Below, piece after piece: positions 1 through 10,370 of a stretch of 64,000 nt of DNA; the first letter of the stretch is position 1, and each line of letters begins with the position of its first letter. A model generated the notes under the pieces. It saw only the letters and a program-made list of their open reading frames with translations. It did no database searches and was not told where the DNA came from. This DNA is from Octopus sinensis (taxonomy: Eukaryota): the NCBI RefSeq assembly GCF_006345805.1, contig NC_043002.1:94488001-94552000 (forward strand). Reading direction: 5' to 3'. Made by a program: the position numbers and the translations under genes.

Positions 1-191
1 ATCTTTAAGCAGTAGCTCGATCTGTAAGAAATAACAGCCAATTCTACCTCATATTATACTGATATCATAAATAAGATAAGATGTCAATGTGATTTGAGGA
101 AGACTTGGTTTCTGTTTTAGCAGGAACAGCGACCACATTGATGCTCCCTCGCTGGTTTTTCTCTTGATGTTTTATGTGTGCAGGAATTGTG

Positions 192-252
192 ATGCATATG
201 TTATTACCACATAAAGCAGTGACTATGCATATGTTATTACCACATAAAGCAG
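192..252. repeat. 28-bp direct tandem duplication (period 33)
   Basis: ATGCATATGTTATTACCACATAAAGCAG at 192-219 and 225-252. Confidence 0.9.
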
Positions 253-476
253 CTGAGAATCAAACGTGACATAAAGATTACGAATTGATTAGAGCCTTCA
301 AGATGGTGGCATAAAGGGTGGAAGTTATTTTCACTCCCCAAAAATCTGGCCTGAATGTTTGAAATAAAATGGTCTCCGCTAAAAGCAACTAAAGGCCAAG
401 TAGTAGTTGTGATGGTGTTAAACCTGGCAAATGAGAATAAAAAACGGGCGTCAGACTTCATTCGGTGTTCTCTTAC

Positions 477-515
477 CATCTGGCTATAACACGGCGATTC
501 AACACAATACTTTCT
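477..515 (-). CDS. candidate 39-nt internal exon, unknown gene
   Basis: Minus strand TTTTCTTTAAG|AGAAAG...GCCAGATG|GTAAGA; open as RKYCVESPCYSQM or ESIVLNRRVIAR. Splice signals only, no homology recognised. Confidence 0.3.
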
Positions 516-825
516 CTTAAAGAAAAATTAAATCAAGCAAAATGTTACAAAATACAGAAGCAGCCATATCAGAAACGACAATAGCTAAAAGAACAAGAAA
601 TATTACAACAACGATAGTTATCTGTTGATCATGCTTCTTTAGAGAAAAGAAAACAATACTGTAAATTATAAAATAATAATTAAGAAAATAACAATAATTA
701 TCTGATTAGCAATTATTAACCGGTAAAAATACTGAAAAAATTAATTAATTTTACTAAATTAATTTTTTCCGAAAATATTTGGCTATTATTCCTAAAGAGA
801 AAAAGAAAAGAGTTTTTCGTAATTT

Positions 826-828
<3 letters not shown>

Positions 829-872
<44 letters not shown>

Positions 873-874
873 TT
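829..874. repeat. (TTTA)n microsatellite
   Basis: Direct reading. Confidence 0.95.
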
Positions 875-1237
875 CGGAAACATGTTCATCAAGAAGAACT
901 GTGTCATTATATAACTACTGCAGCTGTTGTCCTTCGACCTTAAGTCAACCTTGATCAAGCAGGACTATGATTGAAGGCGCTCCATCCATAACCATCCCTG
1001 CTCGTTTTACATAATTATGAATATATTGTATAATATGCTTTTCCTGTTTGAAACGGTGACTCGTGACTTAAGAAACATCTGACAGCTATTTCTAGCAGAC
1101 CCGGCGACTACTTAATGAATACTCACAGTGAATCGATTTTTGCAGAGTTGCTAGATTGTATTCTGCTGAGTTTTTATATGCCCCAGCATGGCCACAGCTC
1201 ATTAGCTGAAACTGGAAAAATCAAAATCAAAATCAAA

Positions 1238-1275
<38 letters not shown>

Positions 1276-1320
1276 AAGTTATTTTTTTTTTTGTTCATTT
1301 CATTACAACTTTCGTGAGCA

Positions 1321-2016
1321 AAGCAGCGAGTAGGCAGAATTGTTAGCACGTTGGTCAAAATACTTGGCGGCATTTCTTCCGACTCTTCACGTTCTGAGTT
1401 CAAATTACGCCTTGGTTGACTTTGCCTTCTGTCTTTTCGGGATCGATGAAATAAGTATCAATTGAGCACCGGGGTCAGTGTAATAAACTAACTCCCTCTC
1501 TATAAAAAAATTGCTGACCATGTGCTAAAATTTGAAGCCAGTATTATATTTGTGAAAGCGACGAAATGGTAGAATTTTTAGTGCGTCAAATAAAAAAATA
1601 CTTTGCGGTACCTGTTTCAGCTCTTTACTCTTTGCGTTCGAATCCCTCTAAGATCGACTTACCCTAACATCCTTTAAGAATCGATAAAATAAAATCTAGT
1701 TGAACTCAGGGGCGGGTGGGGTCGATGTAATCGACTAACCACCTCCGAAAAATTGCTAGCTTTGTGTTAAACTATTAAATCATTATTACTTTGTGTGCTA
1801 AGGCGGCGAGCTGTCAGAATCGTTAGCACACAGGACAAAATGCTTATCGGCATTTCGTCTGTCCTTACTGAGTTTTGAGTTCAAATTCGCCGAGGTCGAC
1901 TTTGCCTTTCATCCTTTCGGGGTCGATAAATGAAGTACCAGTGGAGTCCTGAGGTCGATGTAATAGACTTAAACGCTCCACCAAAATTTCAGGCCTTGTG
2001 CCTATAGTAGGTTATT
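1321..2016 (+). mobile_element. three tandem SINE-A copies, short-tail type (about 1321-1545, 1554-1785, 1800-2016)
   Basis: tRNA-like head GGCGAGCTGGCAGAA / GAGTTCAAATT, central GTCGACTTTGCCTTTCATCCTTTCGGGGTCGATAAA, tail AAATTTCAGGCCTTGTGCC; the same family recurs about 25 times in the window. Confidence 0.88.
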
Positions 2017-2289
2017 ACTTTCTGTGTAGAATAATTATCATTGTAACAAGAATGACATCCCTTATATCATCGACAAATCTCTGTAAATTTCTCTTGCATG
2101 CAGCTTTTATAAGTATACTATCCATGCTTCATTGTTTGGCGATTAATGAAAAGTATTAGCTATGATAATATCAGACAGAAAAATCTTTCTTATGGACTGA
2201 GATACTTTTCTGTGTTGCATAACTATGGTACTTTAAAGTTGAATTTCGTATTAATATATTTGATATATTTTGCTCATTATTTCTCTCAC

Positions 2290-2348
2290 CGTCCTCTTCT
2301 CTCCCTGACTATTGCCTGTTGCTTCATAGGTTCGCACTTGTTGACACT
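2290..2348 (-). CDS. candidate 59-nt internal exon, unknown gene
   Basis: Minus strand TCTATTTTCAAG|AGTGTC...GGACG|GTGAGA; two open frames (SVNKCEPMKQQAIVRERRG or ECQQVRTYEATGNSQGEKRT), both phase-compatible with 477-515. Confidence 0.3.
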
Positions 2349-2730
2349 CTTGAAAATAGATAATGTTTACGATCCCTTCAGCAGATATTTATTTTAAAAC
2401 TCTGTGGATGCAATTTTGTACACATGTAGTCTTGTTTATCACGGATTCATTTATTCCTGATTCAGGATGACCCGATACGCTCAAATGTTAAACCTTGTTA
2501 TATTTATCACAGCTTGATCTATGATAACACAGGACAGCGATCAGACAAAGATTCTGCTTGTAGTGCAAAAACGCGACTCAGCAACCTCCCACAATGATGT
2601 TACCAACAATGCACTGAATAACGCTTGTGTTTAAATAACCATTCCGCGAGGCTGTGTGTTCTTTATACAGATTTAAATACCCGTACAACATGGGACAAAA
2701 AAAAAATACAAAAGTGCATGTTCTCAACAG

Positions 2731-2781
2731 ACGAAGATAGAAATGATCAAGAAAATACGTGACGGCGGTAGGTTCGTTGAG
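2731..2781 (+). CDS. candidate 51-nt exon (TKIEMIKKIRDGGRFVE)
   Basis: CTCAACAG|...GTTGAG|GTAAAA; open in phase 0; weak polypyrimidine tract. Confidence 0.2.
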
Positions 2782-3698
2782 GTAAAAAAAAAGAAACCCT
2801 CTTAATAAACGTGGATATATATATATAACTTTTAGTTTACTAGTTTAAATTTTTGGTAAATATGGTTAGAGATAAAATTTCTGTTTCTTCTGGTGCACTT
2901 TGTTTTCCATATTCTAGGTGAGTATATACTTACTGAAATATTTTACCTTAAGTAGCAATGATCGTTTTCTTAGAGGATAATCACGTTTTAAATAAGTACA
3001 GGTTGTTTCAATATTCTATATCTAAGATTTGATCCTATGTTGCTAAAACCAGAACTTTTGTTTCTGCTCTTAATCAAGATTTTCTATCATGGTTTTCTTT
3101 CTCTCTAACTGTTTATTGGCTTTGGAACGCATTTTTTCTCTCCCCATCAGTTTATTTAATACAGATCGAAAATAGTTTAATTTTTGTGTTTCTTTTTTAA
3201 ACCTTTTCTATTGTATTGATCTTATTTATTTGTGTGTTTTTTCGAGTAGTTGGCTTCCAGTTTGTATTTAATTGTTTCTTTATATTCTTTCATTATTGTC
3301 TAGTTTCTGTGGCCATACTGAGGAACCGCATTCAAAGGTTTGCTCAATCACATTGAACCCACTGCTTAATTCAGTCAAGGCCGTAATTTATCATTCTCGG
3401 TGTATCTAGCCTAACATTAAGGTACTCAATATCTACAACCGTTTGGGGGCCGGGATAAACATAGCACAGACACACAAATACACGTACACACACGCACACG
3501 AACATACATGCGCGCATATACACGCAAACATACGCGTGTATGTAATATATTCATTCAGACTGAACCAAATAGTCTGAAATTAACACTTTCAACAGACGTA
3601 ATACGCATAGAAACCTTCACTCAACCATTTTGATGAGAAAAGCAATAACAAGCAACACATTGGACAGAACGTAATCTTCCAATTTGTCTCGGCAAACC

Positions 3699-3708
3699 GC
3701 GCATGCGC
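3699..3708. promoter_or_regulatory. NRF1-type palindrome GCGCATGCGC
   Basis: Exact motif in unique sequence; a TATA-like CTATATATAAAG lies at 3831-3842. Motif match only. Confidence 0.25.
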
Positions 3709-4520
3709 ATCATGTCAACATAGAACTATAGACATCACTCTTATGAGAGTTAAAAACTGAAAATAGTTCAAATGGGAGACAACCAGAGAGAGATTATTGA
3801 TTCCACTGTTGGATTGGCAGCACATGTATCCTATATATAAAGAAAAAAAGTTTTCCTCGTGTTCTCTTCTTGCACAAATTAGTTTTTCATTTCCTTGTAT
3901 TATTCTGGGACCACTGTTAGAAAATGATGTTTGATTGTAGAAAGCTATACTTATCTATTAATTACATGTATTCTCTGTATGCAGGGTAGGTATATCTAAT
4001 TTATACCAATGTTTGGAATCTGACTTTGGAATGGTGTTAATAGTTTTCTCGTTTGAACTGTTCAATTAACACAACTTCTTATGCATTATGTTTGTAGTTT
4101 ACAATTGGGACAGCAAGCATATTTATGCCTGTTGTTTTATTTCTAGTACTGAGTTTGGTATTTCTAGTATTCTATTATAGCCATAACGAATCTTCCTTCG
4201 TGTTTGAAAACAGAGAAATGTTACCCTCCTCTTACCTCTTTCGCGTTGTATTCCTTGGGAAAGGAGACACGGACTCTGTGATATACCACTTCTATTTTTC
4301 TTCTTTTCTAGGAACCGACCTAACTCGTGTACCGCCCTCAGATTATCTAAACAAGCGAAACTGCTACCGCTATTACTAAGTGATATTTTATCATTTGCTA
4401 AAACTGAACCGTTTGTTGTATACGCACCATTTCCTTCAGACTTTGTGTTACTGCTTACAAATTTTTATAAAATTTCGTGGAGACGTATCTGCTATTATTA
4501 CGCTTGGAGCCAGTACTTAC

Positions 4521-4526
4521 ATGCAA
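4521..4526 (-). other. candidate 6-nt microexon (TTGCAT)
   Basis: Minus strand TTTCTTTTTTTTCTTTAG|TTGCAT|GTAAGT. Confidence 0.35.
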
Positions 4527-4827
4527 CTAAAGAAAAAAAAGAAATTAACATGAAAAACTGTTAAACAGCATTAAAAGTAATGTAAATACCTAAAATACAT
4601 AAAAGACACATTTTCTTTACCCCACGTAATGGTGTAGATGCGCCTTGGGTTTACAAAACAAAATGACCCGCCTCCCGTTCTCCCCCAAACTTTTCTTCAT
4701 CAAATAAATCTTGGTAGAATCTAACTTTTCGTGTTGCCATCTCGAAGGCGCCCATACGCTTCAACACACAACAGCAATATTAATAATGATTTCGAAGTTT
4801 GGAACAAGGTCTCCAGCAATATTAATA

Positions 4828-5353
4828 ATAATAATAATAATTCTTTCTACAATAGGCACAAGGTCTGAAATTTTGTGGAGAGAAAGGACGCAAGGCAAAG
4901 TCAACCGCAGCATCACATGATCTCAGAACTTAAATGCCACTGGGCATTAACGGTTCTGCCAGCTCGCTGCCTTAATATTAATATTAAACCTTTCTACTTT
5001 AGCTACAGGGTCTGAAAATAGGAAGGAGGGGCCAGTAGAATACATCAACAACAGTGCTTATTTTATCGACTCCTAAAGGATGAAAGACAGAGTCGACCTC
5101 GGTGGAATGATAACTCAGAACGTAAAGACGGACAAAATTTCATCAAGCATTTTGTTTTTACATTTTTGATTCTGCCGACGCGCCGCTTAAACAACAACGA
5201 CTAGAATAATAATCCTTTCTACTATAGGCACAAGGCCTGAAATTTTGGGGGAAGTGAGTAACTGGTAGTTAATTAATCGACCTCGGAAGGATGAAAGGCA
5301 AAGTTGATCGCTGCGGAATTTTGAACTCAGAACGTAGTGGAAGACAAAATACC
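4828..5353 (-). mobile_element. three SINE-A short-tail copies or fragments (about 4828-4972, 4985-5190, 5205-5353)
   Basis: Reverse-complement family motifs (GGATGAAAGGCAAAGTCGACC, CTCAGAACGTA, CTGCCAGCTCGC). Confidence 0.85.
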
Positions 5354-5572
5354 TATTTCTTTACTATCCACAAGGGGCTAAACACAGAAAGGACAAACAA
5401 GGACAGACAAACGGATTAAGTCGATTTCATCGACCCCAGTGCGTAACTGGTACTTAATTTATTGACCCCGAAAGGATGAAAGGCAAAATAGACCCCAGCG
5501 GAATTTGAACACAGAACATGAAGACGGACGAAATGCCGCTAAACATTTTGCCCGGCGTGTTAACGATTCTGC
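5354..5572 (-). mobile_element. SINE-A long-tail copy abutting a short-tail copy
   Basis: Tail TGTCCTTTCTGTGTTTAGCCCCTTGTGGATAGTAAAGAAATA joined to GGTATTTTGTCT. Confidence 0.88.
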
Positions 5573-5879
5573 GGTGTGAGTGCGTGAGTCGATTAAATCG
5601 TCACCATTTATTAAGTAGTAATATACATGAAATAATAGCCGTAATCTTATTTGCAAATGTCCTTCAAATGATTTTACATATGTGGTGATAATACGTATTA
5701 AGATTTTAATTAAAAACCGCCAAACAATATTTACTTATGGTTCTATATTTTCTGAGGTCGAATCCCGGCAAGTTTAGTTTAGTAATATTAATATTTAATA
5801 GATTATTCTCCTCACGTATAAATATTTACATGCTAAAATAGATACTTATTACTGCCGTTATTTGATGTTGTAGTTACCC

Positions 5880-5955
5880 ATAGTGATAATTATTGTGGCG
5901 ACGATTATAAAGCTGTTCATAATTATAATGCTGGTGACGATGATGAAGACGACGG

Positions 5956-5988
<33 letters not shown>

Positions 5989-6262
5989 CATCGAAGATGA
6001 TGATGACGACGATGACGATGATGAAGACAACGAATATATCGATGGAAACGATAACGACGGCGATGATGATGATCGTGGTGATAGTAATGGTGGTCATGAT
6101 GGCTATAACAGCGAAAGCGACGACGACGACGACGATGGTGTTATGATGGTGATTATTCTGATTATGATGACCATGGTGGTGGTGGTGGTGGTGGTGGTGG
6201 TGGATGGTGGTGGTGGATGGTGGTGGTGGTGGATGGTGGTAGTGGTGGTGGTGGTGGTTGCG
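5880..6262. repeat. degenerate (GAT/GAC)n then (GGT)n trinucleotide tract
   Basis: Direct reading; accounts for the poly-M/I/V ORFs. Confidence 0.9.
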
Positions 6263-6892
6263 GAAGAAATTTGTTTCAGCAAAAAAGAGTATTTAAAATG
6301 TTATTTGTGCACCTGCGTTCAGTGAATTAATAAAACTGATCATTTGGAAACGATTTCAGAAATAAATTTATGAAGGCAGAATATATATATATGTGTGTGT
6401 GTGTGTGTGTATAAAATAGAATAAGCAACAACACTAATATCTACAACAAGCAATCTCATCAACAACAAAGCAACACCAACAACGTTAACAAGGAAAACGT
6501 GTTAATAACAACAATAACAACAATAACAACTTGCCGCACTACGTCTTGACGTTTTCTAGAAACTTTGCCAAGAAGATTAAATTGTTGAAATTTGATTACA
6601 GTTAGAATGAGTGTAAAAAAGGAAAATATGAATAGCAATTTAACTCTATTTTTAAAAAATATTTTATATCTTATGTATATAGTTTTTTTTTTTTTTTTGC
6701 TCAGTTATTTACTCAAATTTGTGTGTATGTCACCGATATTTCTTTAATGATATTAAGTTTCACGAATATTTGTGGCACCATGAATGGTGTGCCACCATTA
6801 ATATTGGTGCCGCCCTAACTTTTAAATACTGCTAAACTCCAATTAAAACGACTATCAAAATATTCGCTATTGTCCTTAGCTTAATCATAGAG

Positions 6893-7262
6893 CACATGTA
6901 CATATATAAACACACAAGCACACACACACACACATTCATACACACTCACACACACACACACACACGCTCACGCATACTCCCTTATACACACATGTACATA
7001 TATAAACACACAAGCACACACACACACATTCATACACACTCACACACACACACACACACACGCTCACGCATACTCCCTTATACACACATGTACATATATA
7101 AACACACAAGCACACACACACACACATTCATACACTCACACACACACACACACACACACGCTCACGCATACTCCCTTATACACACATGTACATATATAAA
7201 CACTCACACAAGCACACACACACACTCATGCATACTCCCATATACACACATACATAAACACA
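6893..7262. repeat. 96-98 bp higher-order tandem repeat built from (CA)n, about 3.8 units
   Basis: CACATGTACATATATAAACAC restarts at 6893, 6989, 7085 and 7183; GCTCACGCATACTCCCTTATAC recurs in each full unit. Confidence 0.9.
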
Positions 7263-7320
7263 AACACACAAGGAAATGTTTTCGTGTGTGAATATACACA
7301 CACACACACACACATTTATG

Positions 7321-7377
<57 letters not shown>

Positions 7378-7789
7378 AAGTATGTATATATAGATGGTGA
7401 AGTGAATAAACTGTCGATTAAAATTACGCAAAAAGGAAAGTAGCCTTGGTATCTCATTTTTACAGATCACTCCAAAAACCATGATGTTGACTGGATGTTT
7501 GATTTTTATCACTCTCGGTACATATACTCACGTTGCACTGACTTCAGATTGACACTCAAACACTCAAAAATGGTTGTATCGGAGCTTCCGGCGCGAATGC
7601 CAAGCAGTACAGTTTGTCGTTTCCAAATTTCTGGCAGAGTGAATCGCGTCATGGTACTGTTTTTTTTTCTCACACACGATGTCCAACTGGCCCTACTAAG
7701 GTATGTAGTTGACAAAATCCCAAATAAACAATGTGCATGCGCGTTATTAAAAATATAAAATGGTGATAATGCACCCATCGCACCATATA

Positions 7790-7840
<51 letters not shown>

Positions 7841-7897
7841 AATATTATTGGTGAATTTAAGAAATGGAGTTGAACGAAGATTGAACAGAAATCGTTT

Positions 7898-7990
7898 TAT
7901 TTCATTCTACACGTGTTTCGAAAGGCACAATTTACCAAATTCCGATTGAATAATGAGACCATATTGTGTCTTTCTCTTCAGGAAGAAATA
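7898..7990 (-). ncRNA. type I hammerhead ribozyme (mirror copy)
   Basis: Exact reverse complement of 8163-8255: CUGAAGA at 7981-7975, GAAAC at 7919-7915, GUA at 7910-7908. Confidence 0.85.
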
Positions 7991-8162
7991 GGAAATCCGT
8001 TGGAAAAAACAAAAACAGAACAGAGGCGGAGCAAAACAAATCGAACTAGGTTCCTAAGAGCCCATGGCCAAACCATGGAGTTTGGCCATGGGCTCTTAGG
8101 AGCCTAGTTCGATTTGTTTTGCTCCGCCTCTGTTCTGTTTTTGTTTTTTCCAACGGATTTCC

Positions 8163-8255
8163 TATTTCTTCCTGAAGAGAAAGACACAATATGGTCTCAT
8201 TATTCAATCGGAATTTGGTAAATTGTGCCTTTCGAAACACGTGTAGAATGAAATA
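8163..8255 (+). ncRNA. type I hammerhead ribozyme, minimal stem III with palindromic loop
   Basis: Stem I TATTTCTTC (8163-71) / GAA-t-GAAATA (8246-55); CUGAAGA 8172-78; stem II GAAAG-a-CACAAT / ATTGTG-c-CTTTC; GAAAC 8234-38; ACGT loop; GUA with predicted cleavage after 8245. Confidence 0.88.
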
Positions 8256-8305
8256 AAACGATTTCTGTTCAATCTTCGTTCAACTCCATTTCTTAAATTC
8301 ACCAA

Positions 8306-8382
<77 letters not shown>

Positions 8383-8383
<1 letters not shown>

Positions 8384-8531
8384 GAAGACGGTGAGCTGAT
8401 AGGATAGTTAGCCAGCAGGTACAAAATGTTTAGCGGGATTTCTTTCGGCTATGTTCAAATTCTAGTTCAAATTCCAGTGAGGTCGACTTTGCCGATAGTA
8501 GAAAGGATATACATGTGTATGTGCGTTTGCG

Positions 8532-8599
<68 letters not shown>

Positions 8600-8865
8600 A
8601 TACGTGTGTGAGAGAGACGGAGAATCTCTGTATTAAGACAAGTGTAGTAAAGACGTTGAGCTGGCAGAATCGTTTGGACGCCGGGCAAAATGCTTAGCAG
8701 TATTTCGTCCGTCTCCATGTTCAGAGTTCAAATTCCGCCGAGGTCGACTTTGCTTTTCAATCTTTCGGAGACGATAAAGTAAGGACTAGTTGAGTACTGG
8801 GATCGATGTAATCAACTTACTCCTTCCCCGAAGTTACTGGCTTTGTGTCAAAGTTCAAAACCACT
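8383..8865 (+). mobile_element. two SINE-A short-tail copies (about 8383-8500, internally deleted; about 8615-8865) separated by (TG)n
   Basis: Family head, central and tail motifs. Confidence 0.85.
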
Positions 8866-8896
8866 ATTAAAGCAGGTGAGTAGACATGTAAATATG

Positions 8897-9302
8897 GGAT
8901 CTTTTCGGTTTGAACGGCAGTTTTTTCTAGCGGTGTCATATGAAAATGTCACCCATAATTATGACCCTAGTATCGATCTATTGCATTTCAATCTGTTTTA
9001 GGGTTAGGGTTAGGGGTGGGGAGAAGGGTATCTTTTTTCTTCACAAATGTAAATAACCCCAATATGTTTCATAAACGAGGGACATATTCATACGGCACAG
9101 AATGTTTTTTACATCAATAGACGTATTTGATTGGCAGAAATTGAAGAAAAAAACATCAAATATCTTACAAACTATAGAATTTTCTCAATAAAGCCAAGAG
9201 AAAAAGATGTTTTATAAACACATTCTACCAGTATACGAAGTTTGAAATTTTTTAGTTACCTAGAAATTATGTTAAAAACTGCCGTTCAAACCGAAAATAT
9301 CC
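8897..9302 (+). mobile_element. MITE, Merlin-like, copy 1
   Basis: TIR GGATCTTTTCGGTTTGAACGGCAGTTTT; 8-bp TSD TAAATATG (8889-96, 9303-10); internal TTAGGG repeats. Confidence 0.92.
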
Positions 9303-9639
9303 TAAATATGTAACTAGTCGTAATCATATTGTGCTTCATCTTAAAATAAATCAATAATTGCATATGACCATGTTAATTACTGAAGAAACATTCACATACG
9401 CATGCGCACATATCTTTGTGAGAGCGTAATGTTTTTATTAAATGCTCATCATCTCACTTGTGATTCCCTTTCCTTTCTCTTCATTTAAAAAGTTTAGAAA
9501 TAATCTTCCAGACTGCACAAATTTAGCAGTTTAATTTAATAATTTTCTCTACACAAATATGAATCCAATGTATAGCTATGTATATATTTGTAGTCATGTC
9601 TATGTTTATACATGGATATAGATTTTCGTATATGTATGT

Positions 9640-9802
9640 GTATACGTACATACATACACACACACATACACACACACATACACACAATCATACATACAAT
9701 CATACATACATACATACATACATACATACATACATACATACATGCATGCATGCATACATACATATATACATACATACATACATACATACATACATACATA
9801 CA

Positions 9803-9838
<36 letters not shown>

Positions 9839-9947
9839 GGTCATGTAGATCAATGGACGATCTACTACTAACGATAAAATGTATATTGCTTTTAACCTAC
9901 AGCCTTGAACCTGCCTCAATAGATAGACAGGCAGATTCCTAATAAAC

Positions 9948-10011
<64 letters not shown>

Positions 10012-10031
10012 GGAGAGATAGATAGATGGAG

Positions 10032-10112
<81 letters not shown>
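9640..10112. repeat. (CATA)n (9640-9838) and (TAGA)n (9948-10112) microsatellites
   Basis: Direct reading; account for the IYLS/MYVC ORFs. Confidence 0.95.
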
Positions 10113-10113
<1 letters not shown>

Positions 10114-10135
10114 GTGCATAGGTGCAGGAATAGAG

Positions 10136-10370
10136 AAGACGGCGAGCTGGCAGAAATGTTATCACGCCGGGCGAAATGCGTAGCCGTATTTCGTCTGCCG
10201 TTACGTTCTGAGTTCAAATTCCGTCGTGGTCGACTTTGCCTTTCATCCTTTCGGGGTCGATAAATTAAGTACTAGTTACGCACTGGGGTCGGTGTAATCA
10301 ACTTAATCCCTTTGTCTGTCCTTGTTTGTCCCCTCTATGTTTAGCCCCTTGTGGGCAGTAAAGAAAAAAG
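10136..10370 (+). mobile_element. SINE-A long-tail copy
   Basis: Full head and central domain; tail TGTCCCCTCTATGTTTAGCCCCTTGTGGGCAGTAAAGAAA. Confidence 0.93.

Larger units (their letters stand above)
7830..8323. mobile_element. 494-bp fold-back element in (TA)n, probably Penelope-like-derived
   Basis: Arms 7830-8073 and 8080-8323 are reverse complements with one T/G mismatch (8051/8102); 6-nt loop CATGGA; (TA)n on both sides. Confidence 0.85.

Noticed and set aside
4125-4379. 84-aa ORF with an apparent signal peptide
   Set aside because: The hydrophobic N-terminus arises from T-rich DNA; there is an internal acceptor and no homology or codon evidence.
5858-6325. ORFs rich in M, I, V or T (also 63049-63654, 59695-59919, 13632-13870)
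   Set aside because: Translations of trinucleotide microsatellites, open on both strands.
7913-8240. Two near-identical 64-aa ORFs on opposite strands
   Set aside because: A by-product of the palindrome; the sequence is better explained as a hammerhead-bearing repeat.
8995-9020. TTAGGG repeats as a telomere or fusion scar
   Set aside because: They are internal to a MITE and present in every full copy.
9536-10217. 209-aa and neighbouring ORFs (IYLS, MYVC, YIYI repeats; also 18636-19012, 44857-46329)
   Set aside because: Tetranucleotide and dinucleotide microsatellites lacking stop codons.
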